This document shows, piece by piece, positions 12,383 to 23,673 of a stretch of DNA of 64,000 nt (position 1 is the stretch's first letter; every line of letters starts with the position of its first letter). This stretch comes from Phyllosticta citribraziliensis (lineage: Eukaryota), in assembly GCF_038025025.1 (NCBI RefSeq), contig NW_027117339.1, forward strand, positions 2,542,001-2,606,000, given 5' to 3'. The translations under genes were made by a program, and so were the position numbers. Under the pieces are notes generated by a model. That model was given only the letters and a program-made list of their open reading frames with translations. It did no database searches and was not told the origin of the DNA.

Positions 12383-14170
12383 CTACCTCTTGCCGGCGAT
12401 GTCCCTGACCTCCCTCACACCATCGAGACTGCTCCGCACACTGACGCTCGAGCTACGCCTCCTCGCCCGCCTCGTCTCGTTCGGATCGTGCGGGCTCAGT
12501 CCACTGGCTCGCGCATACAGATTGAGCACGTCCGTCAGACTGATGACACCCGTCAGATGACCAGACAGGCTGGCACCGGGGAGGGCCGCGGCCGATATGG
12601 ACAACATAGGGAGCGGCGAGGGCGTCGAGATGGAAGGATGCGAATGATGATGCGCATGGTGTGGGCCGTGTGGGTAAGGAGGCGTCGCTGAGGGAGGGAC
12701 AGCATGTGCGTCATGGGCCGCTGGAGAAGGAATGTCAATCGCTGGGGTAGATGAGGATGAGCTAGGTGGCGAGAGGACGCCTGATGAAGGAGGGGAGAAG
12801 GCTGGCTGGGCAGGCGTTGCCGCAGGCGTCGGAGGACCCGAAGAAGCGGGCGACGGAGGCGTTGTTATCCACATTCTTAAAAACTTGGTCAGCTTGGCAG
12901 ACTCGTCGAGCAAGGCAGTAGGACCAACCTGTGGGATTTCGTCGCCACAAGTTTTGCGACGGCGTGCGCAAGAGTAGATTGTGGTGTGACGTGAAAGACG
13001 GGGAATGAGTCCTTTCCATCATTCATACCCCGCTCCGAAAGGATGACCGAGATGAAGTGGATGCACGACGAGCGAAGGAGCGGTAGAGCAGTCGTTTTTG
13101 TCAGAAGCTGTGTGGCGCATTAGCAAGGACCACGCTGATCAAGGGGTGGAAAATTACCTTGACGTCGACGTGAGAAATGTTTCCAACGACGTTCATTTGG
13201 TTGTCAACAACCGGAAGAGACGTAATACCCTCAGTATGCATGATTTCGAGGGCCTCTGTGACTGGCCGATCTCCACTAGATGTTGCATAAGCGGAATTCA
13301 GTCAACCTCTCCTGCACACTCACTTGATTGAAACGACGGATTGCGATCCGATATTGAGGTCCCTTAGCGTCTGGGGGTAGAGGTGGTCGACGGTAGGGAA
13401 ATTCCTGCCATTCAACCAGAAGAATCCGACAAGGCGCAATTGGCTCAGGACGCCAATAACTTCCTGGCTGTGCTCCTTGACGATGATGATGCGGTGAATT
13501 CCACTACCAAAAATCTCGACAGCCTTGGTAAGATTTGCGGTATGCGGAAGAGTAATGAGCGGCTCCTTCTTGCCCAGGTCCTTGACGTCTCTCAGAGGCA
13601 CCGGCTTGCCCTCCCTGCCCTTTTGTGCGAGATCGTTGAAGGAAGACTCGGGAGCTTCCGGACGAGCGAGGCCAACAACGAGGAGGAGGTAAGCATTCAG
13701 GTCGCTGTAATCAAATGTGCCAATGGCGGCGTGGGAGTCTTTATTTTCGCGGATGAGGACGACATTTGGGGAACCAGAAGAAATGAGGACCTAGCGGTTG
13801 GAGTTAGCTCGAAGCGCTCGCTGCGTAGTGAATGCTGCGGGGCCCCGCAAAAGAGACTCACATTGGTCGCCTCCTCGACGCTGGCATCTATGTCGACGAA
13901 GCGGACCAGGTCGGGGTCAATGACTTCGCCCACGCGGATGGATCTCCAGTCGCGGCCAGCAAAGGCACTGTTCTGGGCATGTTTGCCAATGGGAGGGTTG
14001 TTGAGCAGTTCTTGCAGGGCCTGTTGGGAGAGCGAGGGCTGGCGCGAAGCGCGCGGGGAGTTGGGCATGCCACGAAGGTTTTCGACGAAGCTTTGGCGCT
14101 GCGAGACGCTGGGGCTCGAGGAGGAGGACGAAGGCGGCAGCTGCGGCGAGCGAGGCCCTGGGAGTACCAT
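12383..14170 (-). CDS. SDS23: CBS-domain protein Sds23/Moc1 family
   Basis: N-terminal RQSFVENLR...SPR...[10 protein letters not shown] motif. CBS repeats ([46 protein letters not shown]). Introns about 13791-13861, 13276-13323, 13108-13157, 12877-12928. The start codon is not certain. Confidence 0.85.
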
Positions 14171-15260
14171 GATTGCTTTCCTTGACCAGGGAGAAAATAA
14201 TTTGGGACAGAGGTGGTGAAATGGATCGATGGTGGTTGGACTTGGGCGGCGGTGACGATGGTGGACAATGCGAGGGGTCGACGTCAGTGCGGAGCGGGGC
14301 GGTGGGCGGTCGCTTAGAACGGAAGTGCTTGTGAGGCCCGCGGGGATGTGGGAGTTGGCGAGATGGAGAAGCGCGGAGGAGGATGCAAGACGTCGTCTTG
14401 TCGCGATGTCGAGGTGAGGGGATATTTGGTGTCTCTGGGCCTGTGGCTGGGTTGATGCTTGACTCCGACCTTGACGCTGCGGCTGCCTGCAGCCCAGCGG
14501 TCCCTTATCGCCCTTCTTATCGTACGTCACTGCTCTGCTGGCTCTTCGGGTTCAGGTTGCTGCCAGAAGCTTTCACACCACCACATCCAGACACTTGATC
14601 GTCTCGTCTCTTTTGCCGTCCGCATAGCCTTGATCACCTGCTCTCCAGCTCCAAATTCTCCACCCCTCCATCCTCGACTGTGCGCGACCAACTTTTTTTT
14701 TCCGATGGCGCCCGTCCCGTCCGATCCATCGTGCAGCATTCCGCTTCTCAGGCGGCCAGCACAGCGCTCCATCACTGACCTTGCCTTCTGATCCGATCCG
14801 ACGTCTCCGCACGTCCTCTGGCATGAGCTCGCTGTCTCGAATGCTCCACACAACCGCAGTGTGGCAGTCTGCCAGTCCGCTTGGCCCTTGACCACAATGC
14901 CCGAGCGACAGGACACAAGCTCGACACCGCCACCGGCCTTGCCGTCAATGTCTTGGTTATACAGCAAGCACTTTTGCGTCCATCGTCAGCAATCCTCTCC
15001 AAGCTCCTGCGGGCGCGTTTGGACAAGCCATCCTGAGGACCGACCCCAGGAGTGACCCCTATCACGGCAGAGGGAACCATGGACCAACTCATAGTCCCCC
15101 TTAGCAGCGAATGGGAGACGACGAGATGCTCTTACAGTCGGGTGAACTCCGGGAACCGCAGTGTGGCCTCAAAATTCACCCGAAGGTCCTCCGGCACACC
15201 TTGGCACCTCAACACTTGCAAATATATGTCTATTGAGACGGCTTGAATGTCACGAAGCAA

Positions 15261-15368
15261 GCGGGGTTGGTGTAGTTGGTTATCACGTCAGTCTAACACG
15301 GCATTTCGGAGCGATTCGAGGTCCTGTAAGTGCACTGAAGGTCGCGAGTTCAAGTCTCGCATCCCGTA
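15261..15368 (+). tRNA. tRNA-Val(AAC) with intron
   Basis: Acceptor stem GCGGGGT/ATCCCGT. A-box TGGTGTAGTTGG. Anticodon arm TCAGT-CT-AAC-A[intron about 34 nt]C-ACTGA. T-arm GCGAG-TTCAAGT-CTCGC. Followed by TTTTT. Confidence 0.93.
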
Positions 15369-16566
15369 CTTTTTGCCCCTTGATCCCACAAGGCCCACAG
15401 GCACAACCGAGCCCGGAGCAGTCCTTTTTGCTCCATTGCATGCACAATCGGCAGGTGGTAGCCTGCTCATTGCTACTTAGTTGGACGTCATCCACACAGG
15501 GGAACAAAGTATTGGATCCCGCACAAGTTCCTCTTTTTGACTCTCGGGCTACAAGTGTTTGCTAATCTGCGTTGAAGACCTAGAAAACACTAGGCACTCG
15601 GCACTCCGCATGTCACATTCCACTGCTGTTTGCGCCAATCGTTTGCCAACAATCAACCGACCATTCGTCCCTGGACCCAGGAATGCGGACAAATAACCCT
15701 ACAAGGCAGAGCATCCGCCTCCGTTAGTATTGTCTACATGGCCGAAAGCCGATCGATTGGTCATCCCTCGTCCGGAGTTTGTGCAGTTTGCATCTCTGCC
15801 AAACAAAGCCACCCCTTCAGTCCTTGTCACTTCGACATGACATCCGAACAACGAACATATTCTTCTTTTCCGTCTTCTACATAACACCTTCGCCTTCATC
15901 CGGCTTGATATCTTCCAACTTCGAAGTCAGAGTACGCAATCTGGTTCTTAGACCATCACTTTCAGCTCGTCAATTCAACTTTCTAGGAGAACAATAAGCT
16001 TGTGAACATACCATCTCGCACTGGTTACGACTGAGTCTCTGAAAGAATGACGGTTGGCAACTGAAGCGTGGGACGGATATCCAAGTTGCCATGCTCTTCC
16101 GCCTCTCCCCCGTAAGATCGCGATTTTTCTTCCATACTCCCTAATTCGTGAGGATAGCATCAAGGTTATTAGTAAACTTCAGATTAAGCCTCGGGTAGTC
16201 ATGCGAGATGCACAAAGTCTGAAACATCAAGCTCATCTAGCCGCATGCACAAATGCTGGGATCATAGCTCGACTACTCGACACTCTGACGACTAGGCCCA
16301 GCTATTTTGCGTGGCGTTCGCGCATATATGAATTCAACGAGACCAAACCCGACGCTATCGCAGCAGCACAAGCTCTGGGCCAATTGTTCTAGTCAGGTAC
16401 GCCAAAATACATGCATGCCGATCAACATAGGTAGCCAGATGTGGAAAATGCGGCTCATGCTAGAGACCCTGAAATATTGTGTCGAGGACAACATGATATA
16501 GGCAAACAGGCTCCTCCTGCGCTGGAGGCAAGCGATTTGTGACTACATTTCCTTTGCTGGTCCGTC

Positions 16567-18459
16567 ATGATCCCTACGTTCCTTACAGCACATTTGCTTT
16601 CCACATTCATTGCAGCTGTCGCCGGCGCCGCGATACCAGAAGATTGGGATTCTCTGAACAAAACCGTTGAAGGTCGTCTGTTTCGCGGCTATCCCCTCGC
16701 AAAACCATGCTTCAGCACTTATGAAGGCGCGGCGTCGCCTCCGGACAAAACTCTGTGCGATTTAATCGCTAAGGGGTGGAAGAGCGACCTTGCGCTGGTG
16801 ACGCAATGCGCAGGATTTATGAATGTATGGAGAATTACCACTTGTCATTTCCATCACGGCTAACGACATGGCAGACGAATTGGGCCGCATGTCAAAAGAA
16901 CGCATCCTCCTGCAACCTCGACTTCATCAACCCCAGCGACCCAGCCAACTTTGCGCCACCTCGCGACTGCCACCAGGGCAGCGTCTCGCCGTACTACATC
17001 GACGTGCGCAAAATCTCGGACATCCAAGCAGCGTTTAGCTTCTCGCGCAACACCAAGACGATCCTCTCGGTCAAGAACACTGGCCATGATTACAAGGGCC
17101 GTAGCTCTGCGCCCAATTCTCTCGCGCTGTGGCTCACCAATTTGAAGCCGCCGCTTAAATTGGAAAAGAACTTTGAGCCAGAAGGGTGTCCTGGGCCCGT
17201 GGGAGATGGAATCACAATGGGCGGCGGACAGGGGATGCGCGGCCTGTACAAATTTGCAGAGGATAATGGGGTGACGGTTCCGGGAGGCACATCGTCGACA
17301 GTTGGTGCGGCTGGAGGATGGGTCAGCGGAGGCGGGCACGGATTTGCTACCAACACTTTGGGGCTCGGCGTCGACAATGTGCTGCAAATCAGAGCAGTGC
17401 TGCCGGATGGCCGGTACGTCACTGCAAACGAGTGTCAGAATCAGGACATCTTTTTCGCATTACGAGGTGGAGGCGGCGGGACATTTGGCGTCAACGTCGA
17501 AGTGACGATGAAGACGTATCCGAAGATGTCATTCCAGGTATGTCCACCAAATCGGGAGGTGTGCTCGTGATTCTGACAACCAGCAGGTCGCCAACTTTGC
17601 ATACACGTCTTCCGACCCAGGGAACCTCCGCAAATTTCTACAATTGATCGCAGAAAATGCCAACCAGTGGGCAGACGGCGGTTGGGGTGGCTATATCACG
17701 CCCGGCGTAGCAGGCGATTCAGCATCAGCCTTGACACTGCTCACGCCCAAGCTGGACCACACGGCCGCCGTCCAAGACATGAAGCCCGTGCTCGACTTTG
17801 CGGCGACTCCAGGGGTAAAACCAGTCGTCATGTCCATCAACACGGCCAACACGTACTGGGAAGCATACTCCAAGTACCTGGGCTACGGCGAAGGCGAGAA
17901 AGTCGGGCTGCCCACCGCCGTCGGCAGCCGTCTTATCCCGCGCGTCACCTTCGAGGACAAGAGCAAGCGCGACGCGCTCGTCGACTTGCTCGAGGACCTT
18001 GTGCGCAAGTTCAACGCGCCCAGCGGAGACCCCAACGCCGCAGCCTACGGCGCACGGATCCAAATCTTCGCCGTCGCGCCCTCCAACTACAAGCTGCCTG
18101 GCGGGCGCGACACCAGCAGCGTGACGCCCGCGTGGCGCAACGCGACATGGGAGGTGTTTGTCAACTCCGTTGTGAACCACGCCAACGAGGCGTCGCCGCT
18201 GGATACGCGGCAGGCATTTGCCGACGCGCACGAGGCGACGGAGCGCTTGATTGCCCTGACTCCCGGCAGTGGCGCGTATCAGAACGAGGCCGACACTTTT
18301 CAGTCGGACCCAGAAGAGACGTTCTGGGGGACGGAAAATTATGAGAAGTTGTATGAGATTAAGAGGAGAGTGGATCCGGATAACATACTCACTTGTCATC
18401 AGTGCATTGGCTGGCAGCCGGGTGACGTGAGATACTCTTGCTATCCTGACATTTCGTAG
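16567..18459 (+). CDS. Secreted FAD-linked oxidoreductase (FAD_binding_4 plus berberine-bridge-like domain)
   Basis: Signal peptide. KNTGHDYKGRS (flavinylated His), GGGHG, FFALRGGGGGTFGV, and C-terminal GAYQNEAD...FWG.ENY.KL..IK..VDP. Introns 16825-16874 and 17538-17583/17586. Confidence 0.92.
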
Positions 18460-19057
18460 TTTGGGCTAGCGTCTTCAATTTCTTGCCTCAAAATGTCTAT
18501 TTGCAGCGTTATGTTTTCCAATTCAAGAGCATGGTAGTCTCGTCTCACTCTCTCTTCGTTTGCGCTCAACTGGCCAGACAAGTTTCCTGCATCACTGACA
18601 ATTCCACTTCAAAACTACTGTACATATTCTATTCATCTTCTTCTCCACTAGTCTTCCACGACTGAACTATAATTTGGAGCTCGAAGAAAGACAGATGAAG
18701 CAGTGAAATGGGGACAGCGCGGAATTTGGATACATCGCTTCTGTCACTTCGCGGACGCTCATGTCTCTTGCGGATTTCAAGTTCATACTTACCGCTCTGT
18801 TAGTCAAGACAGGTTCATTCCAAAATCTCATCAATGGTTGTCCACTCTGCAAAAGCATGTCAGCAAATTAGCAGTTCCCCTTTTACCTCGTCTCCGCATC
18901 GCCCCTCAACCGCGCAACTGCTAGACGCCGGCCTCGCGCCTGAGCCCTCCCCCCCTTTCCCTCTCTCCGTTGCGCCAAAACATTGCAACCCTGCATCCTC
19001 CTGGAATGCAGAGCGAAAAAGGAGTGCAGTGAAAGGGGGCCAAAAGGGCAAAAAGAC

Positions 19058-19147
19058 TGGACACTGTGGGAATTGAACCCACGACCTTTCACATACTCAA
19101 CATTCTGTTGTTGCGAAGCGAAAATCATACCCCTAGACCAAGTGCCC
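19058..19147 (-). tRNA. tRNA-Ala(CGC) with intron
   Basis: Reverse complement GGGCACT TGGTCTAGGGGTATGAT TTTCGC TT CGC A[18-nt intron]T GTGAA AGGTC GTGGG TTCAATT CCCAC AGTGTCC A. It has the G3:U70 Ala identity pair and a downstream T-run. Confidence 0.93.
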
Positions 19148-20462
19148 TGGTCAATGAAAATGTTGGTTATTCCAAAACCTATAAAGTGTAAAATTTTGAC
19201 AATTCTCTTAACACTGGGATGGAATCGCCAGGACTCCGAAACTTTTCAAGACTGTTTTTTAAACAAGAAGAATCAGCTGCTACAGCAAGAAATGATTGGA
19301 AAATTACTCAAGTCATGAGGTGCAAGCGCGACTTCGGCGTTGTCGGATGGTTATAAAAAGCATATTCGGCAGTGTGAACAAACACCTGTGGTGCGCCGAA
19401 TACATGTTTATGGCAGCGAGCGAGCGAGCAGCCTGACCTCACCTCTCTCCTCCCTTATTTTTCCAGCACATGAGAATCCTTTCGGTCTTGCTCTCACCTG
19501 CGCCGTGTGTATTCATTGGTGGGCAAGGCCGCATGGCCAACCAGGTGTGCTGTGGAGACACCGACCGACGGCGAAGATCCAAAACTTCAGAGGAGGTGGA
19601 CGACAAACAGTGGGATATTAATTCAATCGTGATAGACCGGAGAGAGGCACGCAAAGAAAAGGACCAAAAACAGAAAAGGAAAAGAAGGGGACCAAATTGC
19701 GGACTCGATTGCTTTTCCTAACGACTACCGGCGACACCATGATGGCGACGTGCCAACAACAGCACCGATCAAACAGCCGCATCGTAATGGCAATAATAGC
19801 CCCGAATACGACATCAGGGTTCACCTGCGCCGTGGGTGAGAGATTGTGGGGTGTGGAGTCGGGACGTGGGCGGGGAGCGAAATCGGCGCGCGGAGGCGGC
19901 GTAGAGTGGAGAGAGCGAGTGGAGAGTCGGTGGAGAGGAGGAGCGGTAGGTGCAGCGGCAAACAGCATGACGATGACGACGGCTTGATGGCATGGTTGGC
20001 AGAAGGCGCCCATGTGATTTTTGGCTGCGTCTTGAGGAGCGGGAGACATTGAGGAAATGCATGAATTGGAAGATATCCACGAGCGTGTGGTGTTGGATGG
20101 CTGTTCGCGTAAGCGCAGATAGTTGCCAAAGCCGGAAAAAGGAAACCGAGGGAGAGCAACAGACAGAGAGACGGTCGTTTTGATGAGAAGTGTTGGAATC
20201 GTGAGTACTGCTAGAATGATGCTCCAGGCGCTTTTCTCACACAAGACGCGCCATCATGACCATAGATTCAAAAGAAGAGGGGTTTTGATGGTACAGCGGC
20301 GCCCTGCTCCGCCTCGCTCCTGCGGCTGCCCTTGTAAAGTTGCTGTCCTGCCCGCCTTCCGCTTGAGAGCTATACATGGAAGGAAATTCCCGTCGCTAGG
20401 GTGGTATCGATTGAGTGGTTTCGTGGCTTTCAACTCTGGGGTTGGGTTCGATAACGGGCGCC

Positions 20463-21119
20463 TCATTTCTTCTTCTCCACCTTGTCCTCGAGGACGCGAA
20501 CGTAGCGTTCTATCCGTTGCACGGCGGTCTGGAGGGACTGTTGAGGGTATTAGCTTCAGCCTGTGTGCTTCTCTTTGCTACTCAAAATGCGCTGTTGACT
20601 CAGAGTGCTCCGTAGAACCACAAAAACAATAGCCGAGGTTCTGATCTCGCGGTGATCTGGAGAGGTGGTGTGATGGGTATTCGGGGTGAAAACGTACGTA
20701 AATGTCCTCAGTGAGTAGCGTGTTGGCCATCTTGTACTCGTCCATAACGTAGTAGTACATGCCGACACCAGCGACAACGGAGCCGAGCAGAAATCCGGTG
20801 AGACTGCGAGGGATAAAGGGTTAGCCGGTATCCAGACTGCTCGAGTCGAGGTAGCGACAAAGAAGTACAAGCCCGCAAAGGCGCAGGTACATGGAGACGC
20901 GCCAGAATAGTGACAGAGAGCCTCAGTTCTGACAGCGCACTCGTGTCTTTTGGGGCGAGGTGTCATCGAAGCTGCGGAGTGGATATCTTACCCTCCCCTG
21001 AACGCTCCAACGGGCTTCTTCTGTGGAAGAGCTCCCGTTGGCGTCTCCATCCTCCGCGCGGAGGTCTGGAAGCTGCGGGCGAGACGCGGCGCGTTGATGC
21101 GAGAAATTGTGCGGAGCAT
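20463..21119 (-). CDS. Small fungal protein with a mitochondrial-type presequence, one TM helix and a C-terminal coiled coil
   Basis: MLRTISRINAPRLARSFQTSARR...KKPVGAFRGG | LTGFLLGSVVAGVGMYYYVMDEYKMANTLLTEDIY | SLQTAVQRIERYVRVLEDKVEKKK*. Introns 20804-20991 and 20538-20697 join in frame. Confidence 0.8.
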
Positions 21120-21700
21120 GGTGGTGGTGATGGTGTGGGTTCGGCGAGGATGCGGAGCTGTTTAGGCGGGCTCAGGTGACGCGCAGCTCCGAGGATGACG
21201 ACGGGGGTGTTGAGCGTGGGTAGGCAAAGTCGGCAGGAGGAGGGCGAAGTGTTGTGAATGCTAAGCAGCTGAAGCAGAGGTTGTGGGAAGAGTGACAGGA
21301 GGGAGCGCGTAATAAGGCGGGAGTGGTTGGTGGGCTGATGCGAACAGATGTGGGGATGGAGTGAGCGGTGGTGGTCGTGGCGTCTGGGGGAGGTTTCGGG
21401 AGCCAGGACCAGAGCTCCTGCTGTCGGCGCTTGCTCGGATCAGGGCCATCACCCACAACGTCATCAGCAGTGGGGGTCCTCCATACCTATTGTTTTTACC
21501 AAGGTACATTAGCTACATACATATGTTGCTTTGGCCCTCTATATTTCCAACACGATCGTACCGTACTCCTGTTTACAAACGGTAATTTCAAAAGATGCCG
21601 CCCAAGATTCTCGCTCTAAGAAAACCGATGCGCCGGGGGGAATATTGGAAACGCAAACGAGGCAATTCAACACAAAGCCAGAATTTGCGAGAACTCTTCT

Positions 21701-22873
21701 CTACCTTGCCGTCACGGGAGCGACCTTCTTGACCTGCTCGGTGAGCTGGGGCGCCTTCTTTGCAGCAGTCTCCGCAGCCATCTCGGCCACCTTCCTCAGC
21801 TTCTCCTGGCGCACCCGGCGCAGGTACGCAAATAGGACAATGAACAGGAGCTCCATCCGCTCCTTGGTCATCATGAGGAATCCTTGCACCAAGAGACCTT
21901 TGAGAATCTGAGGACCAATGCCCTTGAAAAGACCCAGTAGACCATCGTTCTCAATGATGAACGCCATTACTTGAACAAAAGATTTGAAAGGCTTGCCCTT
22001 TCGGGACGGCGGCGGCTTGGATTGCAAACCAACCTTGGCAACGATGAGGGGCTGAGTCGCGATTGTTGCAAGGGCCTTTGACATGGAACCAAGCACTGTC
22101 ATGTCCAGTCAGCGACAGTACAAGAAACAATGTTGGACGACACTTACAAAACGCCTCGAGCGGCTTCAACTGAGTCTTGCCAGGGTACATGACGGAGCGC
22201 AAACGCTGGTAGGCGCCATATGTGATGGCAGGATTGACGACCAGTACCAGACTTGCCTTCAAGCCTCTCCAAAGACCGGTCCAACCGTCCTCGCTGTTGA
22301 TGACATCACGTCCAGTCTCCAAGAGACCCTTCCTCTCATGCTTGGATTGTGTCTGTTGACGGGTGGTCACTACAGCCACAGGGATCGTAAAGAGCTGTGC
22401 CAGCGCGCCAGCGACGGCACCCAGACTTAGCTCCGTGGCAGTGCCCGGGGCCTTGGCCGACTTGACGCTCGAAAGATAGAACGTGCGGACAACCGAATAC
22501 CAGTAAAAGTAGGCGAAGTTGGTGGATGCGACACCAATCAAGGAGCCAGGCATTCCAGCATAAAGTCCCTCCAGCCCGTCATTTTTGACAATCTTGGTAA
22601 TGGCATCCCAGGTCGAATTGTAGTGTGGCTCCTCTCCAATTTCTGGGGGGTGTTCGTTGGCTTCCTCGGACTTGGATTGCTTGACCTGGACCTGGAGGCG
22701 GGTCTTTACACTGCAAGGCGCACGTGTTAGCAGGGCGATATGGCGGTCTGGGGGTTTCGGCCGACCTACATGTCGAGCGGGTACACAAAAGCGTTTGCGA
22801 TAACAGCGCCAGTGGCACCAGCGACAGCATAGCCCCAAGGGGGCAGAGCAGCTTCCTTGGACTGACCGGCCAT
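21701..22873 (-). CDS. ANT1: Peroxisomal adenine nucleotide transporter (mitochondrial carrier family)
   Basis: Carrier signatures YPLDIVKTRLQ, IPVAVVTTRQQ, QPLIVAKVGLQ, and GLKASLVLVVNPAITYG. Introns 22711-22769 and 22096-22147. Confidence 0.88.
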
Positions 22874-23673
22874 GTTGAAGGGACAGCAATGCCTGGAGTG
22901 GGAAATTTATTTCAGGAGGACGGAGATACGGGCGTATTGGACTGAAAGGAGCAGGATCTCGGCCACGATGACGGAAGCAGGTGCGGGCGTGTCTAGGCTG
23001 GTGAGAGGACGAGCTACACGACCATGGCGGCGCGGAGTGGAATTTCGAGGTGAGGATGACCGGCGGGACGGTTTTTTTCAGGCGAGCGAAAGGCGGTTTC
23101 GGTCGACGTTAGACATAGCGCAACCTTCATGGCAACCAACAGCGCAACAAGGGTTCACGACCGAGAGGACCGACTTCGACCTCGGCAAGCTTAAGGTGCG
23201 GCACCTGCTGCGAGTCGCGCAGATCTGATGGAGATAAGATAGCGAGTCAGGGCATACCGTCATCCTCAGGCACTCAGCCCAGCCTTTCCCAACTGGGATA
23301 GAGCTTAACTTGTTCCCCAGCTGCCGCGACCTGCCGAGACCCTGGCGGCCTCGAGTCTCAAACATTCCTCTTTAAACTACACCTCCTCCACCATGCTCTC
23401 ACACTTCTGTTCTCCCAGGCTGCCCAGATCTATTTGGGAAAGTTCACGACAACCTGAGCAACCCGTTTGGGCCGCCGAGCTCACAGCACGCCGCCGTAAC
23501 CAAGCCCCATCCACTCCACCCGCGTAACTGCAAGCGCTTTCCGAACGCGCTTGCCTCGCGACATGGTCCTCTTTCCTCTCTAGCCTGACCAACTCTGCCC
23601 TTGATAATGAGAGTACCTTCCTCCCTGGACCTTTCCCGTTTTCCACCATCCACCCGCCAACATCCTTGCCACC

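Noticed and set aside
13383..14219. Long antisense ORFs over real genes (also 28625-29398, 47300-48109, 62571-63428)
   Set aside because: Shadow frames caused by the codon bias of the sense genes.
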